Shown: piece by piece, positions 57,378 through 64,000 of the stretch
Numbering within the stretch: position 1 is the stretch's first letter
How the letters are laid out: each line of letters opens with the position of its first letter
Assembly: GCA_963711835.1 (NCBI GenBank)
Contig: CAVQFQ010000021.1
Span: 256,001-320,000 of the forward strand
Source of the DNA: an uncultured delta proteobacterium
GTDB lineage: Bacteria > Desulfobacterota > RBG-13-43-22
Length of the DNA stretch: 64,000 nt
Reading direction: 5' to 3'
Made by a program: the position numbers and the translations under genes
Notes under the pieces: generated by a model
Databases searched by the model: none
Told to the model about the DNA's origin: nothing
What the model saw: only the letters and a program-made list of their open reading frames with translations

Positions 57378-58364
57378 ATGGCAAAAGGAATTTTGATTAT
57401 TGCAGAACAAAGAGGGGGGGCCCTCCGTAAGATATCTTTGGAGTTGGTCAGTGAAGGACGCCGCCTGGCCGATCAATCAGGGCAGCCATTGGCCGCGGTC
57501 ATTGTGGGTCATCAAATTTCTGAGGAGGCCAAAAAATTGGTCCCCTACGGAGCCGAAACGGTTTTTATGGCCGATGCCCCGGAGTTGGCCGATTATACCC
57601 CGGAAGCCTATACGGCGGTCCTGAGTGATCTGATTAAAAGCCAGGATCCGGATATCGTCCTGGCCGGCTCCAGCCAACAAAGCAAGGAATTAGCGGCCCG
57701 TCTGGCAGCCCGTCTGGGAACCGGCTTGGCCATGGACTGCGTGGCCTGGCGCCTGGAAGATGGTCTGCTGGTGGCCAAAAGACCGATTTATGCCGGGAAG
57801 GTCTATGCCGAGGTAGTATGTGAAACAGCCCGGCCTCAAATGGCAACCGGGAGGCCCAATGTCTTCTCGATTCTTGAGCCGGACCCCGGCCGGACGGCCG
57901 AAATGGTACCCCTTTCCGTCTCCCTGAAACCCGAAGATCTTCGCACCCGATTGGTGGAAACCCTGGCCGATCAGAGCGGCCGGGTGGACCTGACCGAGGC
58001 CACCTGTATCGTTTCCGGAGGCCGGGGTATGAAGGGGAGTGAAAACTTTACTATTTTGGAGGAATTGGCGGAGGTTATCGGAGCCAGTGTGGGGGCTTCC
58101 CGCTCGGCCGTGGATGCCGGCTGGCGTCCTCATAGCGACCAGGTAGGACAGACCGGAAAGGTGGTCAACCCCAACCTGTATATAGCCTGCGGCATTTCCG
58201 GAGCCATCCAACATTTGGCCGGCATGGGATCCTCCAAGGTCATTGTGGCCGTCAATAAAGACCCCGATGCCCCGATTTTCCAGAAGGCCGACTATGGTAT
58301 TGTCGGAGATCTTTTTGAGGTGGTCCCGATCTTGAAAGAAGAACTCAAAAAAATCCTATCCTGA
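57378..58364 (+). CDS. etfA: Electron transfer flavoprotein alpha subunit
   Basis: [34 protein letters not shown]. Confidence 0.97.
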   Translation: MAKGILIIAEQRGGALRKISLELVSEGRRLADQSGQPLAAVIVGHQISEEAKKLVPYGAETVFMADAPELADYTPEAYTAVLSDLIKSQDPDIVLAGSSQQSKELAARLAARLGTGLAMDCVAWRLEDGLLVAKRPIYAGKVYAEVVCETARPQMATGRPNVFSILEPDPGRTAEMVPLSVSLKPEDLRTRLVETLADQSGRVDLTEATCIVSGGRGMKGSENFTILEELAEVIGASVGASRSAVDAGWRPHSDQVGQTGKVVNPNLYIACGISGAIQHLAGMGSSKVIVAVNKDPDAPIFQKADYGIVGDLFEVVPILKEELKKILS

Positions 58365-58508
58365 TCCGGCCCCCAGGAAAAAATGGATTGCGGTTTTAGG
58401 CTGATCCCTTAGAGGGGTCCGCTGGTCCTGATTTCATGGAACGTTGTACCTAAACAGGCCCTCTCTCCCAAAAAAGGAGAGAGGGCCGGGATCAGGCAAC
58501 TGAGGGGT

Positions 58509-58822
58509 ATCGTTCAAAAGTTGTGGCATTTTATTTCTGATACCCGTTGGAAGAGGACCGGGGGTCTTGATTTCAAGGTTGTCCAAAGGGTGATCCTTCC
58601 CGCCAATTCGGCCCGGATTTCTAAGGATGGTATAGAGCCGGGCCTTCACCCAACCGGACAACCAGCTTTGGTGAAGGCCTGCTTAAGGTATTATCGTCAC
58701 CCTTCCAGTCCCGCTAAAAGCGGGATTTCAAGGTGAGGAGTTTATGGTGGACAACCTTGAAATCAAGATCCCCGGTCCTCCAGTCAGGCAATAATGCGCC
58801 AATGCCAAAAGTTTTAAACGAT
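58509..58822. mobile_element. Family B copy 2 (shell reversed relative to core compared with copy 1)
   Basis: Core 58586-58747 colinear with 7877-8038; outer arms are reverse complements of the opposite arms of copy 1. Confidence 0.8.
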
Positions 58823-58834
58823 ATTAAATAAGAT

Positions 58835-59617
58835 ATGGAGCGCTACGGATTGCCCGGGGAGGTCGGTTTCCGAACCGGAAAACGAGGGTTGATTAAAGGG
58901 CGTCCCACCCTGGTTCTGATTCATGGGGCCGGCGGCAGTGCCCAGATCTTTTTGCTCCAATTGCGGTTTTTGGACCGCAACCTCAATGTCCTGGCCCTGG
59001 AACTTCCAGGTCACGGCGGGTCCGACGGTCCCGGGAGACAAACTATCGCCGAATATGCCCAATGGGTTCACGAAACCCTGAACGGCCCTTATTTTGAGTC
59101 CTTTTTCCTGGGCGGCCACTCCATGGGCGGGGCTGTCAGCCTGGAAATGGGCTGGCGTTATCCCGAAAAAATCTCGGGGCTGATACTCATGGCTGCCGGG
59201 GCCAAGATGGAGGTTTCCCCTAATATCCTGAGGGGACTTGCAGAACACCCCCACGAAACTATCGTTAAAATCAACCAGTGGTGTTATCCCAAAGGCACCA
59301 ACCCTCACATTGTCGAACTGGCCGCCCGGTTAATGGAGCAAACCCCGGCCCCCACTATCCTGAAGGATTTTGAGGCCTGCCATCGATTTAACCGCCTCGA
59401 AGAAATCCGGCAGATCCGCCGACCGACTCTCATCCTGGTTGGGGATCAAGACGTCATGACCCCTCCGGATTATTCCCGTTACCTCTCTGAGCAGATACCT
59501 TCTTCATCATTAACCATAATTCCCGGGGCCGGGCATATGGTCATGCTGGATAAGCCCAAGGAAGTCAATCAGGCCGTTTGGGATTTTATCGCTGCCCAGT
59601 CTTCGACCGGCCGCTGA
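58835..59617 (+). CDS. Alpha/beta hydrolase
   Basis: LIHGAGG, LPGHG.S, GHSMGG, GDQD, AGHM. Confidence 0.92.
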   Translation: MERYGLPGEVGFRTGKRGLIKGRPTLVLIHGAGGSAQIFLLQLRFLDRNLNVLALELPGHGGSDGPGRQTIAEYAQWVHETLNGPYFESFFLGGHSMGGAVSLEMGWRYPEKISGLILMAAGAKMEVSPNILRGLAEHPHETIVKINQWCYPKGTNPHIVELAARLMEQTPAPTILKDFEACHRFNRLEEIRQIRRPTLILVGDQDVMTPPDYSRYLSEQIPSSSLTIIPGAGHMVMLDKPKEVNQAVWDFIAAQSSTGR

Positions 59618-59658
59618 AAAATAACGGATTGACAAAAGGAAGGGGTTGGCGGGAAAGT

Positions 59659-61530
59659 TTAAATCTTTTCCAGACTGTTCCGTTTTACCTTCAGGCTCAG
59701 CTTGTCCCCGGGTCGGATGTGTTCCTTGGAGGACATCTTGTTCCAGGTGCGGATTTGATTCGGGGTCGTGTTGAATCGCTGGGCAATTTCAAAAAGGCTG
59801 TCCCCTCGCTTGACCGTGTAAAGAACCTGCTTAATCGGACTGCCGCCCTCCGTCTTTGACTTGCGCTGGGGGCGGATCACCCTGCCCTGATCGGAATGGC
59901 CGTTCTTTTCCTGCGGGGATTTGTCCACAAACAGGTTCAGGGTGGTCCCGGCCAGGATTTTATCCCCGCTTTTCGGATTCCATTTTTTTAACAAGGGGAT
60001 CCCCACATCAAATCGCTTGGCTATGGCGGCTAAGGTGTCTCCCTTTTCCACCTTGTAGCGAATTCGGCTTAAGGCCCCCTCTTTGTCTTTTCCCTTGCCT
60101 GACCAGGCTGGAGAATATTTTTGGGCGGTCGTTTTTAAGGAAGCCCGGTTGGGGGACCCCTTTTCCGATCCCTTCGGGCGAAGATCTTCCTCATCGGCAT
60201 CCATGGAAAATGCGGCCGGGTGAAATCCCTTCTGCGGGATCAATAAAACCAGCCCGGGTTTAAGCGAACGGTGGCCGTTGAGGCGGTTGGTCCGGGCGAT
60301 TAGTCCGGCCTGCACCCCATAGCGTCGGGCAATGGCAGCCAGGCGCTCCCCCTTCCTGACTTTGTGCTCGGCATAAGTAATGACGGGTTTGGGTTTGGTC
60401 AGCTCCGCATATTGCTCCATGACTCGATCTTTCGTGCCGATCGGGATCCGCAGGGAATAACTGGAAACCCCGGGCGGGGTGACCCAACGTTTCAATTCCG
60501 GATTCAGGTCGACCAGGGTCTCCACATCCACCCCACAGGCAGCGGCCACGGCTTTCAGTTCCACAGCTCCGGGCAGGTCCACCTCTTCATAGGAAAAAGG
60601 GGCTTGATAAGGAATATTAGTAAAGCCGTATTTTTGAGGCTCCTTGGCGATCAAAGCCGCGGCAATCATCTTGGGTACGTATTGTTTGGTTTCGTCTTTG
60701 ACATAGTGACAATGATCGGCGCTGATCTCCCAAAAATTTTGGGCATTGTAAAGGGCCAAGGCCCGGGTGATTTTACCTTCACCGGCATTGTAGCCCGCTG
60801 CAGCCAGATACCACGACCCGAATCGATTGAAGAGGTCGGAGAGGTGCTTGGCAGCCGCCTGAGTGGATTTAATGGGATCCTTTCGTTCATCCACCCAGCT
60901 CGTGGTTTTTAACCCGTAGCGGTTGCCGGTCTCCCGGATGAATTGCCAGATTCCCACCGCGTGGGCCCTGGAATAAGCCTTGGAGCTGAAGCCGCTTTCG
61001 ATCATGGCCAGATAAATCAGGTCTTCCGGCAAGCCGTGCTCGTTTAAGATCTTTTTCATCATCGGGATATAGCGCGTCGAACGGGCCATCCAGAGGGAAA
61101 ATCGTTTTCTCATATTGGACTGGAAATAGTTGATGAAATATTCCACCTGCTCATTAATGACAATGGGTAGGTCATAGGATACGGCACTTCCCGGATGAAG
61201 GGCTTTTTCGAGCTCCTTATATTCCAGAATTATTTTTTCCCGTATTTCTTCTTGTGAAGGTCTGACGATCGGGGGCAGGTCGTCCGCTTGTTCTTCCAAA
61301 TCATCAAGGGTTCGCGGAAGCGCTTTGGCCTCCGTTTGAGGAACGGGCCATGACGGGCCGGGGGACGATGTTAGGGAAGATCCGGTCTGCAGGGAGGAAA
61401 CCAGCGGACTGGTTTTTACGGCATCAGCCGAAGCGGTTAAAGCAGACGCCCCTTGAGAAAGGGACAGAATAAACAGGGTTACCCAAAAAAGGTGCAATCG
61501 GTACGGTCCGTACTGATTGTTTTTATGCAT
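59659..61530 (-). CDS. mltD: MltD-like lytic transglycosylase with three LysM domains
   Basis: IESGF, GIWQF, AAAGYNAGEG, ETKQYVPK, LysM repeats. Confidence 0.9.
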   Translation of the reverse strand: MHKNNQYGPYRLHLFWVTLFILSLSQGASALTASADAVKTSPLVSSLQTGSSLTSSPGPSWPVPQTEAKALPRTLDDLEEQADDLPPIVRPSQEEIREKIILEYKELEKALHPGSAVSYDLPIVINEQVEYFINYFQSNMRKRFSLWMARSTRYIPMMKKILNEHGLPEDLIYLAMIESGFSSKAYSRAHAVGIWQFIRETGNRYGLKTTSWVDERKDPIKSTQAAAKHLSDLFNRFGSWYLAAAGYNAGEGKITRALALYNAQNFWEISADHCHYVKDETKQYVPKMIAAALIAKEPQKYGFTNIPYQAPFSYEEVDLPGAVELKAVAAACGVDVETLVDLNPELKRWVTPPGVSSYSLRIPIGTKDRVMEQYAELTKPKPVITYAEHKVRKGERLAAIARRYGVQAGLIARTNRLNGHRSLKPGLVLLIPQKGFHPAAFSMDADEEDLRPKGSEKGSPNRASLKTTAQKYSPAWSGKGKDKEGALSRIRYKVEKGDTLAAIAKRFDVGIPLLKKWNPKSGDKILAGTTLNLFVDKSPQEKNGHSDQGRVIRPQRKSKTEGGSPIKQVLYTVKRGDSLFEIAQRFNTTPNQIRTWNKMSSKEHIRPGDKLSLKVKRNSLEKI

Positions 61531-61804
61531 TATTGGATCCTTTCGCTGCGTTTCAATCTCCGGCCCTGCTTCCTTTCCGTTCAGCCGTCAAACCCAGTGG
61601 GATATAATACCCTGGCTTATTACCATATCCTCAATAAAAAAGCAATCTTAAAAAAAGGCTTTCTCTTTCCGGCATGAAGGGGGAGAAGGTCGATTTAATG
61701 AAAGGTCGGGATTTGACGGAATCGTAAAAAGTCAAGACATTCCGAAAACAGGGTCTGGGGGTCCGATTGGAACCGACTTATGGCGAAACCCTCAGGGTCG
61801 GGTT

Positions 61805-62122
61805 TTAAAATTTCACTCCGGCCACGAGATTTTCTTTTTTGAGGGCATCGAAATTTCTCAGATCTTTGATGGCCTGCCCGATCTTATTCAGGTGCTCCAA
61901 AAATTCCGCACCGGCTTCCGCCATCCCCGGCAGGGAAGCGATTCGCTGGGCTAATGATTCGCCCCGGGCCAGGAGGGTCTTGACGTTTTCCTCCGGCACC
62001 TCAATCCCTTTTTGAAGTTGTTCGGTCGTCTGCCTTAAGCTGTTCAATATTTCGATGATTTCATCCTTAAGTTCTATGGCTATGCTCTGTCCGCTTTTAG
62101 TGCCCTCGTTTTCAGACATCAA
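61805..62122 (-). CDS. Hypothetical coiled-coil protein
   Basis: 105-aa ORF with GGAG RBS; no recognised motif. Confidence 0.6.
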   Translation of the reverse strand: MMSENEGTKSGQSIAIELKDEIIEILNSLRQTTEQLQKGIEVPEENVKTLLARGESLAQRIASLPGMAEAGAEFLEHLNKIGQAIKDLRNFDALKKENLVAGVKF

Positions 62123-62328
62123 AATCTCCCTGACCTAAGAATGAATTAGGATAAACCGCCGGGTCGGCAAATGAACCGTGGTTGCCGAATTTATTTACTT
62201 TCCCAGGCTTTGTCAAGGATTTTTCAGCTCTACGGAGAATAACTTGACGCCCTCACCCAAAGCGGATAAAAAGGCTTTATTGGAAGGATTGTTATCCTTT
62301 TAGCCGGGAGAGAGGATCAAGGGTAGCG

Positions 62329-62772
62329 GTGAAGGACCATCAGGTCAGGCTGAATGGAATAGGTCCCCCCCTCTGGATAGGGATCAAGAAGGGACTGAGG
62401 TCTTCCCTGGGGATTATTAAGGTGATGTTTCCCGTGACCCTGGCGGTAACGGTCTTAAAATGTACCCCGGTTTTAGGCTGGCTGGCGGAAGGGTTTCGTC
62501 CCTTCATGGGCCTCATGGGTTTGAGGGGAGAAACTGCCCTGCCCTATATCTTGGGATCGGTCCTTAACCTCTATGTTGCTATAGGGGCCATGATCCCGTT
62601 AGGCCTGACCTCCAGGGAGATCACCATCCTGGCCACGGTGCTCCTCATATCCCATAGCCTGTTGGTGGAAACCGCCGTAATCAAAGGCATCGGGGCCCCT
62701 TGGTTTGGGCTGCTTCTCATGAGAGTGGGGGCCGGTTTTTTTATGGGCCTGGTGCTTTCCTGGGTTTTATGA
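62329..62772 (+). CDS. Nucleoside-recognition (Gate) domain membrane protein
   Basis: PFM...GL.GE, N.Y.AI, HSL.VE. Confidence 0.75.
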   Translation: MKDHQVRLNGIGPPLWIGIKKGLRSSLGIIKVMFPVTLAVTVLKCTPVLGWLAEGFRPFMGLMGLRGETALPYILGSVLNLYVAIGAMIPLGLTSREITILATVLLISHSLLVETAVIKGIGAPWFGLLLMRVGAGFFMGLVLSWVL

Positions 62773-63224
62773 CCGCTTCCCTGATTCAGGTCGAATTCCT
62801 CAAGGCCCTCTATGCCTTTCTCAAGGTCTCGGCCATGATCCTCCTGATCGTAACCCCGATCATCACGATCATGGAACTCCTGCGCTCCTTCCATCTCCTG
62901 GACCCCTTAGTGACCCCGCTCCACCGTCTTTTCGCCTGGATGCGGATCCGGAAAGAATCGGTGGCGGCCTTGTTTGTCGGCATTATTTTCGGCATCGCTT
63001 ACGGCGGCGGGGTGCTCCTGGAAGAAAAACGATCCGGGGCTTTAAACCGGCGCGATGCCTTGCTGGTCGGGGTCTTCCTGAGTCTGAGCCATGCCTTGAT
63101 CGAAGATACCTTTCTTTTCGTGGCCGTCGGGGCCGACCTCTTGGTGGTTCTTTTTTCCAGGATCCTCTTAACCATTCTGGTACTCCTGTCCCTGCGGCTC
63201 TTTCTGCCGCCCGAAAGGAAATGA
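62769..63224 (+). CDS. Nucleoside-recognition (Gate) domain membrane protein, partner half
   Basis: GI.FGIAYGGGVL, HALIEDT; ATGA overlap with upstream gene. Confidence 0.75.
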   Translation: MTASLIQVEFLKALYAFLKVSAMILLIVTPIITIMELLRSFHLLDPLVTPLHRLFAWMRIRKESVAALFVGIIFGIAYGGGVLLEEKRSGALNRRDALLVGVFLSLSHALIEDTFLFVAVGADLLVVLFSRILLTILVLLSLRLFLPPERK

Positions 63225-63355
63225 GGGAATGGATTTTTATTGAATTTTCTCGAAGCTTGCACTAAATAACAAAGGGGACAATAGTACTTTAGCGTATTTT
63301 TTTCCTTAATTCAGGGCTCCGGTAAAGAAAAGAATAGAGGCTGGAGGGCAGGACC

Positions 63356-64000
63356 ATTCACTTAGGAGAGCTCTTGATCAAGGCCTTGAAGGCCTATCCG
63401 GACAAGGAAGCCATCCGCTGCCACCAGGCGGTTTTTACCTACCGCCAGTTTGCGGAAAGGGTCTTCCGCTTGGCCCATTTTTTCCTGGATCAGGGGTTGG
63501 GTCAGGCAAGCCAGGCCGCCATTTTACAATACAATGGCCATGTCTTTTTAGAAGCCTATTTTGCAGCCGCCCTGACCGGGGTGCGGCTGGTGCCCCTGAA
63601 TTGCCGGCTCTCTTCAAAAGAAATCCAGTTTATCTTGGAAGATTCGGAATCCGAACTGGTCATTGCCCATCCCGATTTTTCCCCCAAATTGTTGCCGAGC
63701 GGGGAACAAGCCCCAGCCGTTGCCCGAATCCTTTGGACCCCGGCAACAGCTTCCAACGCCCCTCCGGGTCTGGAATATGAATCCGCCTTAGCCGCTTCTT
63801 CCTCGGCCCCGCTCCTGCCCCTGGGTCCGGGCGGCGAGGCCGTCGCCCAGATTTACTACACCAGCGGCACCACCGGCCGGCCCAAAGGGGTCATGCTGAC
63901 GCATAAAAACTGTTATCTCCATGCCCTGGGGACCATCGCCGAGCTGCATTTGCAGGACAGCGATGTTTGGATCCACGTGGCCCCTCTTTTCCACCTGGCC
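63356..64000 (+). CDS. Acyl-CoA synthetase (runs off window; start codon uncertain)
   Basis: Open frame contains VPLNCRLS, YYTSGTTGRPKG, APLFH. Confidence 0.85.
   Translation, partial: MHLGELLIKALKAYPDKEAIRCHQAVFTYRQFAERVFRLAHFFLDQGLGQASQAAILQYNGHVFLEAYFAAALTGVRLVPLNCRLSSKEIQFILEDSESELVIAHPDFSPKLLPSGEQAPAVARILWTPATASNAPPGLEYESALAASSSAPLLPLGPGGEAVAQIYYTSGTTGRPKGVMLTHKNCYLHALGTIAELHLQDSDVWIHVAPLFHLA

Overview
64 kb of an anaerobic bacterial chromosome. Gene content and repeats suggest Desulfobacterota or a syntroph (inference). Left: housekeeping block (rplY-prs-tRNA-Gln-ispE, DegP/Q, rfaE2, comF, icd) then AOR-thiolase. An AT-richer ~18 kb island (12.05-30.25 kb) carries a LIV-type ABC transporter with embedded CoA ligase, a two-permease MacB/LolCDE-like ABC with TAXI binding protein and DUF4418, and a MalT/SARP-like regulator. 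A ~2.7 kb islet bounded by 21-bp direct repeats holds low-complexity secreted proteins and an attC-like site. A long minus-strand redox cluster follows: HdrL-like, Sec-containing MvhD, MetV, MetF, two HdrA-like genes, HdrC, HdrB, a GcvH-like lipoyl carrier, a GlcD/CCG fusion, Hgd-type dehydratase and activase, and a CoA ligase. Then a second LIV ABC, FadR-like TetR-etfBA and mltD. Most notable: (1) four ~315-390 bp non-coding elements with nested inverted repeats whose shared core is flipped relative to its shell between copies; (2) the Hdr-MetVF-lipoyl carrier-hydroxyacid dehydrogenase cluster; (3) an in-frame TGA plus SECIS-like hairpin in mvhD. Many frameshifts (ispE, 43-51 kb) probably reflect sequence or assembly error.
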